Assembly: GCA_018646105.1 (NCBI GenBank)
Contig: JABGVJ010000013.1
Location: forward strand, 1,517-65,516
Direction of reading: 5' to 3'
Length of the DNA: 64,000 bases
DNA from: a bacterium
Lineage (GTDB): Bacteria > Margulisbacteria > Marinamargulisbacteria > JABGVJ01
Position 1 is the stretch's first letter, and the number at the start of each line of letters is the position of its first letter. This document shows positions 22,494 through 31,550 of the stretch, one piece after another. Under the pieces are notes generated by a model, which was given only the letters and a program-made list of their open reading frames with translations, was not told the origin of the DNA and searched no databases. The position numbers and the translations under genes are program-made.

Positions 22494-23186
22494 ATGAGTA
22501 ACCCAAAAGAAAAAATTGAAAAGATACAACTTAATAAACCCGCTGATTCTCCCATAGATACTGTGCGATATATAAAACAATTAAAAAGAATGGATGCTGT
22601 CCAGATTTCTAGAGTATCACAGCGCGAAAAAATAGCGATGGTAAAACAGATGGCCAATGTTTTGGTATTTCAAATACAATCAGGTTCGCTTTCGGAAGAA
22701 ACCGCCAGGTTGAAAATCGCCTATTTGATGCAAATCATAAATTCTTTGGGAATTGCAGGCTGTTTGATCATAAAAGAAATTTTAGATTTGATAGACAAGG
22801 CTTTTATCCTAAAGTTTAAAAACCAGTCTTTATCTTTGGTTTTGTTATTAAAGGCTTTAGCCAAAAAAATGGCTAGAAAAACAGCTGATGTTAAGGCTTT
22901 GATAAATATAATTTTAAGTGATTCTTTAATATCAGATCCTGCCTTGGAAAATTTTGTAAATACTGTTTTTGAGGAAATGGCCAGTTTGTCTAGCAATAAT
23001 AATGCTTTTTTCAAAACACAAGAAGCGTTGAGTGCTTATAAAATCAAAAAAAGTCTCAAAAAAGTAGCTCAAAACGACCAAGACCAATTAATGCCGGGTA
23101 TACAAATAAACACGACGCACATACTACCAACTGGTTTGGCTTCACTTTGCTCAATGGTCTCTACTATCAATGTGCTTCTTGAATAA
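22494..23186 (+). CDS. hypothetical alpha-helical protein
   Basis: 230 aa ORF with plausible RBS (AAAGGA) upstream; no recognisable domain. Confidence 0.4.
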   Translation: MSNPKEKIEKIQLNKPADSPIDTVRYIKQLKRMDAVQISRVSQREKIAMVKQMANVLVFQIQSGSLSEETARLKIAYLMQIINSLGIAGCLIIKEILDLIDKAFILKFKNQSLSLVLLLKALAKKMARKTADVKALINIILSDSLISDPALENFVNTVFEEMASLSSNNNAFFKTQEALSAYKIKKSLKKVAQNDQDQLMPGIQINTTHILPTGLASLCSMVSTINVLLE

Positions 23187-24231
23187 TTCCGCCACCTAAA
23201 ACATTTTCTTCTTGATAAAAAGCAATGACCTGACCGGGGGTAATGGCCTTTTGAGGTCTCGCAAATTCGACCCTAACCAAATCATTTTTTAGAGGAATAA
23301 TTTGAGCTGGTTCCGCCTCTTGTCGATAGCGAATTTTGGCTTTTATCTGGATAGGGGTCTCTACTTTTTTGACTGAAATCCAATTTAGGCTACTGGCTAT
23401 CAAAGAATTATGATATAACTCGGTCTCTTCGCCTACTATGATCTGATTTTGGGCGCGGTCAATGCTAATAACATACAAAGGCGAGGCCGAAGAAATGCCC
23501 AGCCCTTTCCTTTGACCAATAGTGTAATGACAAATGCCTTTATGTTTTCCTAAAACGATTCCTTTTTTATTTACTATATCTCCTTGAGGCGGCAGGCTGT
23601 CTAATAGTTCCGTATAGTCTCCGGAATAAAAATCCTGACTTTCTTTTTTATCATGCGTAGGCAGATTGAATTCTGCGGCTATGTTTCTAACCTCTGCTTT
23701 TTGATATCCCCCTAAAGGGAATATAACCTGAGCTAATTGTTCTTGGCTTAGAAATACCAAAAAATAACTTTGGTCTTTAAGATCATATTTGGCGGTTTTT
23801 AATAAATAGCGGTCCTCTTGTTTTTCAACCCGCGCATAATGGCCGGTTGCAAAATAATTAAAATCAATTCCTGAATTTCTAGCTTTATCTAAAAGAGCTC
23901 CAAACTTAATTAGTTTATTACATTTGACACAAGGATTTGGGGTCCGCCCTGCCAAATATTCGGCCTTAAAATAACTAAGAATGTTGGCTTTATATTCTTG
24001 GGATAAATCTAAAACATGATAAGGAATATCTAATAACTCAGCTATTTTTTGCGCATCTTTGATATCATCCTTTTCATCAGGGCCAAAACAAGCAGATTTA
24101 ACTCCTGTCCCCTGATAAGAGATGTCCCACACTTTCATGGTTAGCCCGATGACGCTATGTCCTTGTTTTTTTAAAATAGCGGCTGCGGTAGAAGAATCTA
24201 CGCCGCCACTTAACCCTACTGCTATTTTCAT
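23167..24231 (-). CDS. mnmA: tRNA 2-thiouridine(34) synthase MnmA
   Basis: PP-loop IAVGLSGGVDSS, conserved Cys pair and C-terminal barrel; start set at MKIAVGL (ATG 24231-24229), preceded by AAGGAG. Confidence 0.9.
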   Translation of the reverse strand: MKIAVGLSGGVDSSTAAAILKKQGHSVIGLTMKVWDISYQGTGVKSACFGPDEKDDIKDAQKIAELLDIPYHVLDLSQEYKANILSYFKAEYLAGRTPNPCVKCNKLIKFGALLDKARNSGIDFNYFATGHYARVEKQEDRYLLKTAKYDLKDQSYFLVFLSQEQLAQVIFPLGGYQKAEVRNIAAEFNLPTHDKKESQDFYSGDYTELLDSLPPQGDIVNKKGIVLGKHKGICHYTIGQRKGLGISSASPLYVISIDRAQNQIIVGEETELYHNSLIASSLNWISVKKVETPIQIKAKIRYRQEAEPAQIIPLKNDLVRVEFARPQKAITPGQVIAFYQEENVLGGGIIQEAH

Positions 24232-24409
24232 ATATATCTCCTTGACTAGAGTTTGTCGCGAAACACGCTGTTTCATTTACAAAGTAAAAAAATATCATAA
24301 CAAAGATCAAAACAAAAGTTAAATATTTGTTTCTTGGCATTAATATGCTAATATAATTTTACAATTAACGGCTTATAAATTAATTACTGTTTATAAAGGA
24401 GGATTTTTA

Positions 24410-24502
24410 GTGGGTAGTGTATTAAAAAAACGCAAGAAAAAAATGAGTAAACATAAATATAAAAAATACGGCAAAAAAATGAAGGCTAATAAAAAGAAAT
24501 AA
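24410..24502 (+). CDS. small ultra-basic protein resembling ribosomal protein bS22 (30 aa)
   Basis: GTG start 7 nt after AAAGGAGGA; translation (M)GSVLKKRKKKMSKHKYKKYGKKMKANKKK closely resembles actinobacterial bS22 ([21 protein letters not shown]…). Confidence 0.55.
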   Translation: MGSVLKKRKKKMSKHKYKKYGKKMKANKKK

Positions 24503-24508
24503 AAAAGC

Positions 24509-24880
24509 ATGACTGCTAAAATTTTAATCGTAGATGATGATCTTTCTATTTTAGAACTAGTACGAATCCTCTTAGTTAAAGAAGGTTTTGAGGTAAAAAC
24601 GGCTACTAATGGGGAGACTGGATTAAAAGAAATCACAGAATGGCGACCAGATGTTCTTGTTTTAGATATTATGATGCCTAAAATGTCCGGATATATGGTA
24701 GCCGCTATCATGGAAAAAGATGAAAATCTAAAAAAAATTCCTATTATTCAATTAACCGCAACTTCGCAATTAGTGGGAGGGATATCTTTAAAAAGCCCAA
24801 GTCCCTATCGTATTCAAAAACCTTTTCAGCCTGAAGAATTATTAGAGCTGATTAATGAGATACTTTCTAAACAAAACTAG
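24509..24880 (+). CDS. single-domain response regulator (CheY-like receiver)
   Basis: ILIVDDD…VLVLDIMMP…KP receiver motifs with phospho-acceptor Asp; no output domain. Confidence 0.8.
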   Translation: MTAKILIVDDDLSILELVRILLVKEGFEVKTATNGETGLKEITEWRPDVLVLDIMMPKMSGYMVAAIMEKDENLKKIPIIQLTATSQLVGGISLKSPSPYRIQKPFQPEELLELINEILSKQN

Positions 24881-24921
24881 CGCCTGTTTCACAATTATGA
24901 ATTTGACCTTATAGTTTAAAC

Positions 24922-25290
24922 TTAATCTTGGAGGATTTTATCTATGACGGAAAGTACCTCTTCCATATCAAATGGCTTATAAATAATACCGTATGCGCCT
25001 AAAGTAAAGGCTTCTTTTACAAGCTCATCTTCTGAATAACCAGTCATTAAAACAACTAATTGAGAAGGGTGTTTTTTTTGAATTTCTTTAAAAATATCAA
25101 TACCTGTCATTCCGGGCATTTTGACATCTAAAAAAATCAAATCTACGGCTTTGGATTGTAAAATATCCAGACACTCTAGGCCATTTTGCGCGGTAATCGT
25201 CTGGTACCCTGTTCCTTTAAGAACAAAGTCAAATATGGAAATAACTGATTTGTCATCATCAACTATTAAAATTGTTTTGTTTTTACTCAT
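24922..25290 (-). CDS. single-domain response regulator (CheY-like receiver)
   Basis: ILIVDDDKS…LIFLDVKMPGMTG…YKPF receiver motifs. Confidence 0.8.
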   Translation of the reverse strand: MSKNKTILIVDDDKSVISIFDFVLKGTGYQTITAQNGLECLDILQSKAVDLIFLDVKMPGMTGIDIFKEIQKKHPSQLVVLMTGYSEDELVKEAFTLGAYGIIYKPFDMEEVLSVIDKILQD

Positions 25291-25429
25291 AATATGATAA
25301 AAAGATTATCATTTTTAAGTTTTAATTACAATATTTTCAGAGGTTTTCAGAGGCCTCTAAAAATTTAAATAATAAACTTTGAAAAAATATTTTTTCTACG
25401 GTAACATGTAACATTATAGTAAAACAGGG

Positions 25430-26635
25430 TTGTCAAGAAAGAAGAGGTGTGTGATGGGTCGCAAAAAAAACAGTAAAGATAAAGTTAAAAGAAAAATAAA
25501 AACTGAAATAAATTTTGAAAAAAAATTGTATAAAATTGGGGATATGACTCGTTTATTGGGAATTACTTCGCGAACAGTTCGATATTATGAACAAATGGGA
25601 TTATTACCGCATGTTAAAAGAACAGATGGCAATGTGCGGCTTTTTAGTACAGAAGATGTGGATATAATTAAAAGAATAAAAAAATTACAAGAAGAGTATT
25701 ATTACCCTTTAGAAGTAATTAAAGATATGATCTTTGGCAAAAAACCAGAGGCTCCTTTAGCAAATAAAATAGCAATCGTCACAGATAGTTCAGCGGGCTT
25801 TGATAAAGAAACCGCTAAAAAATTAAAGATCAAAATTATACACTTGAAAATCAAGATGCCCCCCTCGGTTAAACTATCCGTGGCTGAAAAAGTAAACCTT
25901 ACCTCATTATGGCCAAAAAAAGATCAAGATATTAAATTTATCCCACAGGTAGTAGCTCCTTCAATAGACGAATTCGTAGAATTTTATCTGGACTTACATA
26001 AAAAAGGGTTTCATGAAATTCATTCTATTCATTTGTCTTCTGCTTTATCAGACACCTATAAAAATGCGCTTGTAGCCGCAAATCACGTAGAAAGCAAAAT
26101 AAAAGTAACGGTTACGGACACTAAAACACTAGGTGGAGGGGTTTATTTATTAGCTAAAACATTAGCAGAAGCTATACAAAAAGGATCCTCACCGAAAGAA
26201 ATAGAGGTTTTATTATCTAAAAATTGTCCTCTTTTATACAACATGGTTATAACTAATTCATTGAAATATATCATTACTATTAAAAACTTTACTGATGATA
26301 TTGATAAAAACAGACGAAATATTTTTAATGGTTTAGTAGCTTTTAAGCCGCTTATGCTTTTTAACCCAAAAGGGGATTTAGAGATAGTAGATTGCTATAA
26401 AGATGTACAAGAAGGGGTGGATTTTTTGTCTGCCTTATTAAATAAGGAATTGATGAATAGAGGTAATTATTTAAAACAAGCCATTATTTATTATGATTAT
26501 TTATATACAGAAGCGGTTGAATTAGCGAATAAGTTAAGTAAAGAATATAAAAATGCGGAAATAATTTTAGAAAAAAGTAATGCAGTCATATCTTCTTATA
26601 TCGGGCCGGAATCTTTGGGTGTAGCGATATTATAA
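25430..26635 (+). CDS. MerR-family HTH fused to DegV-family (fatty-acid-binding) domain
   Basis: N-terminal YKIGDMTRLLGITSRTVRYYEQMGLL (MerR HTH); C-terminal IAIVTDSSAGF…HLSSALSDTYKNA…DTKTLGGG (DegV/FakB fold). Likely true start is ATG 25454, which has a better RBS. Confidence 0.7.
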   Translation: MSRKKRCVMGRKKNSKDKVKRKIKTEINFEKKLYKIGDMTRLLGITSRTVRYYEQMGLLPHVKRTDGNVRLFSTEDVDIIKRIKKLQEEYYYPLEVIKDMIFGKKPEAPLANKIAIVTDSSAGFDKETAKKLKIKIIHLKIKMPPSVKLSVAEKVNLTSLWPKKDQDIKFIPQVVAPSIDEFVEFYLDLHKKGFHEIHSIHLSSALSDTYKNALVAANHVESKIKVTVTDTKTLGGGVYLLAKTLAEAIQKGSSPKEIEVLLSKNCPLLYNMVITNSLKYIITIKNFTDDIDKNRRNIFNGLVAFKPLMLFNPKGDLEIVDCYKDVQEGVDFLSALLNKELMNRGNYLKQAIIYYDYLYTEAVELANKLSKEYKNAEIILEKSNAVISSYIGPESLGVAIL

Positions 26636-26770
26636 TTTAGTAAAATTAAGTTCGTTTACGGGCGCTCTTCAGGTAGACTTTCTTTAGCTTATATGGTATT
26701 CTTTCTTCCATCTTATTTATGGGGCGTTTGGGGGCCTTTACATTACCAACAAAACTGAGGAAAAATTCAT

Positions 26771-27268
26771 ATGAACTGTTTTAAAAATCATTTGGAAGTA
26801 ATTTTTAAATATCATAAATCAAAAATAAGCGCTTTCTGTACAGCTTTTCCAAATTGTAAGGGGGCTGGCGAAGACAAAAAAACAGCTTTACATAATTTAA
26901 GTAAGTCGATAGCTAAGTTTGTTAGTCAATTAACAGAAAAAAAAATAAAAGAAATTTTGTTATCGGAAAACTATTCTGAGGTTATTTTAGATGTTAGTCA
27001 TAAAAATACTAAAGAAGAAAAAAAAATATTTTATTTAAATTCTCCTTTAATAAATCATATTAATAATTCTATGTTGCTTAAAATAAAAACATCGGCCATA
27101 ACAGAGAGTCTTGATAATTTAAATATAAACGAAACGCTGGATGAAAAACAATCTTATGCTGAAGATCTGGATTTATCTGCTTATAATATAGATAACAAAA
27201 AAACAAATCGTCTCTTGATAAATAATCAAGAAGATATGTATTTTGGGTTTCCATTAAGCTTTAATTAA
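26771..27268 (+). CDS. hypothetical protein, N-terminal HicB/UPF0150-like fold
   Basis: KISAFCTAFPNCKGAGEDKKTALHNLSKSIAKFV resembles the HicB-type antitoxin N-domain; rest is Asn/Lys-rich low complexity; no HicA nearby. Confidence 0.35.
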   Translation: MNCFKNHLEVIFKYHKSKISAFCTAFPNCKGAGEDKKTALHNLSKSIAKFVSQLTEKKIKEILLSENYSEVILDVSHKNTKEEKKIFYLNSPLINHINNSMLLKIKTSAITESLDNLNINETLDEKQSYAEDLDLSAYNIDNKKTNRLLINNQEDMYFGFPLSFN

Positions 27269-27385
27269 TTTTAATTTTGCTGTTTTAGAACAGCGGGGGC
27301 TCATATTGTCTTAGAATCATTGACACTACAAGAAAAAAAACCTTATACTTATAAGGCTAATTAATTTATATTTGGGAGCGTATTT

Positions 27386-27889
27386 ATAAAAAAAATTATT
27401 TTAAATGAAAGAATCCGGGCTAAAGAAATCCGATTAATAGATGACCAGGGCACCCAAGTAGGTGTTGTTTCATTAGAAGAAGGGTTGAAATTAGCAAAGG
27501 ATAAAGACCTGGATCTGCTAATGGTAAGTGATGCTACCATGCCGCCTGTATGTAAAATTATTGATTATGGGCAATTTAAATACGAACAACATAAAAGAGA
27601 AAAATTAGCGAAAAAAAGCGTTAAAAGTCAAGTTATTAAAGAATTGAAGCTGAGCTCGAAAATTTCTCCAAATGATTACAATGTGCGGTTAACGTTGGGG
27701 AAGAAATTTTTAGGAAAAGGATACAAACTAAAAATTTCTTTATTATTTAAAGGTAGAGAAATCGAACATATTGAGTTGGGTAAAAAAGTTATAAATAATT
27801 TTTTAAAAGATATTCAAGAATATGGAAAACCGGCTAATGACTTAAGCAAATCAGGCAGAATGTTATCCGTAGTAATATCACCTAAATAA
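27386..27889 (+). CDS. infC: translation initiation factor IF-3 with non-AUG (AUA/AUU) start
   Basis: ORF-track ATG (27485) lies inside the conserved IF3 N-domain; reading frame is open upstream to 27365 and encodes IKKIILNERIRAKEIRLIDDQGTQVGVVSLEEGLKLAKDKDLDL; GGGAG SD 7 nt before ATA 27386 (ATT codons at 27395/27398). Confidence 0.8.
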   Translation: MKKIILNERIRAKEIRLIDDQGTQVGVVSLEEGLKLAKDKDLDLLMVSDATMPPVCKIIDYGQFKYEQHKREKLAKKSVKSQVIKELKLSSKISPNDYNVRLTLGKKFLGKGYKLKISLLFKGREIEHIELGKKVINNFLKDIQEYGKPANDLSKSGRMLSVVISPK

Positions 27890-27913
27890 TTTAGAAAAGA
27901 GGTTCTAAAACTA

Positions 27914-28117
27914 ATGAGTAATAAATTAAAGATTAAAAAAGCAATTAAAAAAAGATTTTCCGTAACTAAAAAAGGGAAAGTAAAAAGAGGTTATACGGGT
28001 AAACTACATATGCTTGAGCACAAGTCCAAGAGTAGTAAAAGAAGTAAAAGAAAACAAACAGATCTTTCAAAGGCGGATCATAAAAAACTAAAAAAAGTAC
28101 TGTCTGCCTTAGTTTAA
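27914..28117 (+). CDS. rpmI: 50S ribosomal protein L35
   Basis: 67 aa, basic, bL35-like; infC-rpmI-rplT order. Confidence 0.9.
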   Translation: MSNKLKIKKAIKKRFSVTKKGKVKRGYTGKLHMLEHKSKSSKRSKRKQTDLSKADHKKLKKVLSALV

Positions 28118-28129
28118 TAGGAGGAATTT

Positions 28130-28477
28130 ATGACTAGAGTAAAAAGAGGGAATGTCGCAAGACAGCGTAGAAAAAAAGTTTTAAAACTAGCTAAAGGGTT
28201 TAGAGGAAGTTTATCTAAACTGTTTAAGCCTGCAAAACAAGCTGTTTTACACGCTTTAAGTTATGCATATAAAGATAGAAGAAATAAAAAACGAGATTTT
28301 AGATCTTTATGGATTGCGCGAATTAATGCGGGTCTACAAGATAAAAAAATCACATATTCAAAATTCATTGCTCTTTTGAAAAAAAATAATATACAATTAA
28401 ACCGAAAAGTTTTAGCGGATTTAGCGCATAGTAATCCTGAAGTTTTCAATGAAATTGTAGTAAAAGCACAATCGTAG
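28130..28477 (+). CDS. rplT: 50S ribosomal protein L20
   Basis: [26 protein letters not shown]… bL20 signature. Confidence 0.95.
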   Translation: MTRVKRGNVARQRRKKVLKLAKGFRGSLSKLFKPAKQAVLHALSYAYKDRRNKKRDFRSLWIARINAGLQDKKITYSKFIALLKKNNIQLNRKVLADLAHSNPEVFNEIVVKAQS

Positions 28478-28489
28478 GGAGTTATCAAA

Positions 28490-28984
28490 ATGGTTGAAAT
28501 GCAATTAGGTGGTTTGGGGTTTGACCCAAAAAACATGTCGCCGATTGTTTTGTTAAAGGATCAAGAAGAAAGAAATTTTCTCCCTATTTGGATTGGAATG
28601 TTTGAGGCCGCCGCGATTGCCATGGAACTACAGGATTTTACTCCACCACGGCCGATGACGCATGATGTAATCACTAAAATAATTACAGAATTAAAAGCAA
28701 AAGTAACAAAAATAATTATTAGTGAAATAATTGATAATACTTTTTATGCGATAGTCGAAATTCAGTCTGAAAAAGACGAGAATATTATTAAACTGGATTG
28801 TCGGCCTTCCGACGCAATCGCTATTGGCGTAAGATCTAAAGTTCCTTTTTATGTATCTGAATCGGTAATGCTAAAAGCTAAAATGGTTAATTCTGAAAAA
28901 GACGAAGAGGAAACTAAAAAATTTAAAAATTTTGTTGAAAATATCAAACCAGAAGACTTTTCAAAATATATAGATAAAAGATAA
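28490..28984 (+). CDS. bifunctional nuclease (BFN/DUF151) family protein
   Basis: PIVLLKDQEERNFLPIWIGMFEAAAIAMELQ matches the DUF151 core. Confidence 0.7.
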   Translation: MVEMQLGGLGFDPKNMSPIVLLKDQEERNFLPIWIGMFEAAAIAMELQDFTPPRPMTHDVITKIITELKAKVTKIIISEIIDNTFYAIVEIQSEKDENIIKLDCRPSDAIAIGVRSKVPFYVSESVMLKAKMVNSEKDEEETKKFKNFVENIKPEDFSKYIDKR

Positions 28985-28995
28985 GTTTTTTTTAT

Positions 28996-29072
<77 letters not shown>

Positions 29073-29337
29073 AACCTTTCCCAAAGCTATAAATATTAAT
29101 TTATATGGCAGATAATCAGTCTCTCACTGCTCATTTATTACATATAAATTGCGCGGCTAGCTTCCTGATTATCCTTTGTCTAAATTAATATTTAGGTACG
29201 CTTTGGGAAAGGTTGCTTTTTCCTGTGTCTAAGACCAAATTTACTTCAATTTCAAAGAAAAGCACTAGTTTTTTTGTTGAAGTACACTAAAGAGAGGCCT
29301 TTCGGTCTCTCTTTAGTGGTGCGTTAGCGACAGTAGT

Positions 29338-29691
29338 TTACACTACTTTTGTTACAGTGGCGTCTTTGGTTGGAAAACTTAAAAATTCGATCTTATCTGC
29401 GATTACTTCTGTGAACCATTTTCTTTCGTTGTCTTTTTCGTAACTATGGACTTGTATCCGTCCTACTACTAATATAGCGCGTCCTTTAGTTAAATATTTT
29501 GTACTGACATCAGCCATTTTACCAAATGCTTTAATATTAATAAAATCCGTGTCTTTTGTTCCGTCTTCCTTTTTATAGTTGCGATCAACGGCTAAGGCAA
29601 AGGTGCTACAGGCGAGCTCAGTCGTGTTTTTGGTTTCCGGGTCTTTGGTCAAACGCCCTATTAAAGTAGCTTGATTAAAACTAAATCCCAT
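29338..29691 (-). CDS. ssb: single-stranded DNA-binding (OB-fold) protein lacking acidic C-terminal tail
   Basis: MGFSFNQATLIGRLTKDPE…W…F… SSB OB-fold; strong AAGGAG RBS before ATG 29691; C-terminus …KDATVTKVV has no DDDIPF-type tail. Confidence 0.7.
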   Translation of the reverse strand: MGFSFNQATLIGRLTKDPETKNTTELACSTFALAVDRNYKKEDGTKDTDFINIKAFGKMADVSTKYLTKGRAILVVGRIQVHSYEKDNERKWFTEVIADKIEFLSFPTKDATVTKVV

Positions 29692-29837
29692 AATGCGGTC
29701 TCCTTTCTTTTTTTTATTTGCCATAAAATATACATCGGATATTATGTGTCGTCAATCTTTTTTTTATATTTTATTTTATTAACGTACTGTATTAAAAAAA
29801 GTAAAAGGATCCCCTGGAATATAAAAAGTAATTAAGG

Positions 29838-31550
29838 CTATTCGAGAAAAAGATATTTGATTTTTTTGTTTTCTTTATCTTGCAAGGCTAGCAAAACACC
29901 GTTTTCTAAAAAATAATGTTGGGTAATATCAATAATTACATTGCCGTTAAATAATTCTAAAATCAATTCATGGCTAGGCTTACCTGTTAGAGCTTCTAAA
30001 GTCATATAATAAATTAGCGTTTTATATCCTATATTTAGCGTCTTATAAAAAGAGATTTGATCCAAACCAACCTTGGGTTGAAAAAAATCACTCTCCACAT
30101 CTCTTGGTACTTTGTAATCCCATAAAGTTTTACCGGTAACTGTATCCAGACTAACAATCAAATCATCGACTGAAGCTGTTTTCGAGTCTGGTTTTAAAAA
30201 AGTCACTAATGTTTTTTCGGATAGAGCTGCGGATTGTGAGAAAAAATAGCCTGCCGGCAGCCCCATATTTTCCCAAACAGTGTTGCCGTCCAAAAGATTT
30301 AAAGCTAAAACACCATGTCTATCGCCACGCTGTACCAATAAAAAGATATTCTTTTCATAAATAATAGGAGAACATGAAATACTGTCCCAGTGCTTTTGTT
30401 GCCAAATAAGGTCTCCGGTAAGTGCGTCAACGGCTAATAAATCATTATTTTGGTTGGTAACTAAAATTGTATTTTCCGAAATTACCGGGTGTGACTTTGT
30501 AGTAAGTTGTAAATCTTTTTCCCAGTTTTTAGCTCCCGTATCACTAACGTAAGAGATTAACTTGCCCTGATCCAATAAATAAAAATTATTCTGTAAAAAA
30601 ACAGGAGGTGTACATGAATCAGTATCCCCAATCGGGATTTTAAATAAAATATTGCCGTTATTAGTTAAAATAGCATATAGCTCCCCTCTACCATCACCTA
30701 ATATAAAATATAAAATATCATTATTCAAAGAAATCATCTTTTTGATGTTTGCCGGCGTTTGATATTTCCAATTAAGCTGGCCATTTTTAATGCCTATCGA
30801 ATAAATATAGCGTCCCAAAGAAAAATAAAGACTTTTCTCATCATAAACCAAAGAATTATGTTTTAGCCCGTCGGAGTTAATTTTTTTAGGCATAAATTCC
30901 CAAATAATAGACATATGGTTCCGTAAACTCAAATTAATTTTAAGGTTATTATGGTTGGCCGCGTTTCTGCCGATCATCCCCCATCCGCGGAATAAGGCCG
31001 GGTTAAAAAAAGTTTGCGCGCTTCGCCTCCCCGTCCCTACCCAAAACCCGTCTACGATGAGCTTAATATCCTTTTGAATCGAGCTCCATTTTTCCATATT
31101 AGTATTAATGGTAATTACATAGCCGCGATTATCTTTAGTATAATAATACTCTCCGGCTAAAACATTGTGATAGTTAAGGCTTTCGTCTACTAACCTTTTT
31201 TTATAGATAGCTACATATTTATCATCAACATTCGCCCGAACCCTTTCTTCGTTGGATCCCACTCTCTCTCCAAGATTGATCCAGCCATCGTATAATGCCC
31301 CCATCCTTTTTATCTGCAAAGCATTGGCGGTAATAGGTTCTGAAAACTGAAAAATAGCAATATTAACGGAAACAGTGTCTTCCATATCGGTTAGGACTAT
31401 TTTTTTAGCCGCTGGTTTTTCCTCTACATTCCAATTAAGTGGATATTTAAAATTAATCGCATAAGTAGCGCTTTTATAAACATTAAACTCTTGCGCATAA
31501 ATAAAACTAAAGAAAAATGTGAGAAAAAGAAAAAATATGATTCTCTTCAT
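29838..31550 (-). CDS. secreted PQQ-like beta-propeller repeat protein with extra N-terminal domain
   Basis: Signal peptide MKRIIFFLFLTFFFSFIYA; C-terminal two-thirds has repeated W/Y-containing blades typical of PQQ/BamB-like propellers; 570 aa. Confidence 0.55.
   Translation of the reverse strand: MKRIIFFLFLTFFFSFIYAQEFNVYKSATYAINFKYPLNWNVEEKPAAKKIVLTDMEDTVSVNIAIFQFSEPITANALQIKRMGALYDGWINLGERVGSNEERVRANVDDKYVAIYKKRLVDESLNYHNVLAGEYYYTKDNRGYVITINTNMEKWSSIQKDIKLIVDGFWVGTGRRSAQTFFNPALFRGWGMIGRNAANHNNLKINLSLRNHMSIIWEFMPKKINSDGLKHNSLVYDEKSLYFSLGRYIYSIGIKNGQLNWKYQTPANIKKMISLNNDILYFILGDGRGELYAILTNNGNILFKIPIGDTDSCTPPVFLQNNFYLLDQGKLISYVSDTGAKNWEKDLQLTTKSHPVISENTILVTNQNNDLLAVDALTGDLIWQQKHWDSISCSPIIYEKNIFLLVQRGDRHGVLALNLLDGNTVWENMGLPAGYFFSQSAALSEKTLVTFLKPDSKTASVDDLIVSLDTVTGKTLWDYKVPRDVESDFFQPKVGLDQISFYKTLNIGYKTLIYYMTLEALTGKPSHELILELFNGNVIIDITQHYFLENGVLLALQDKENKKIKYLFLE

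Noticed and set aside
24954-24992. 12-codon mini-ORF (MTESTSSISNGL) with GGAGG RBS on + strand
   Set aside because: Lies antisense within the receiver-domain gene 24922-25290; the RBS-like GGAGG is probably coincidental.
27285-27300. Hairpin GCTGTTTTAGAACAGC after ORF 26771-27268 as terminator
   Set aside because: No U-tract follows, so it is not a convincing intrinsic terminator.
29073-29337. Prophage/integrative element at tRNA-Arg
   Set aside because: No integrase, no direct repeat of the tRNA 3' end, and no cargo genes; ssb follows directly. Kept only as a low-interest finding about the inverted repeats.
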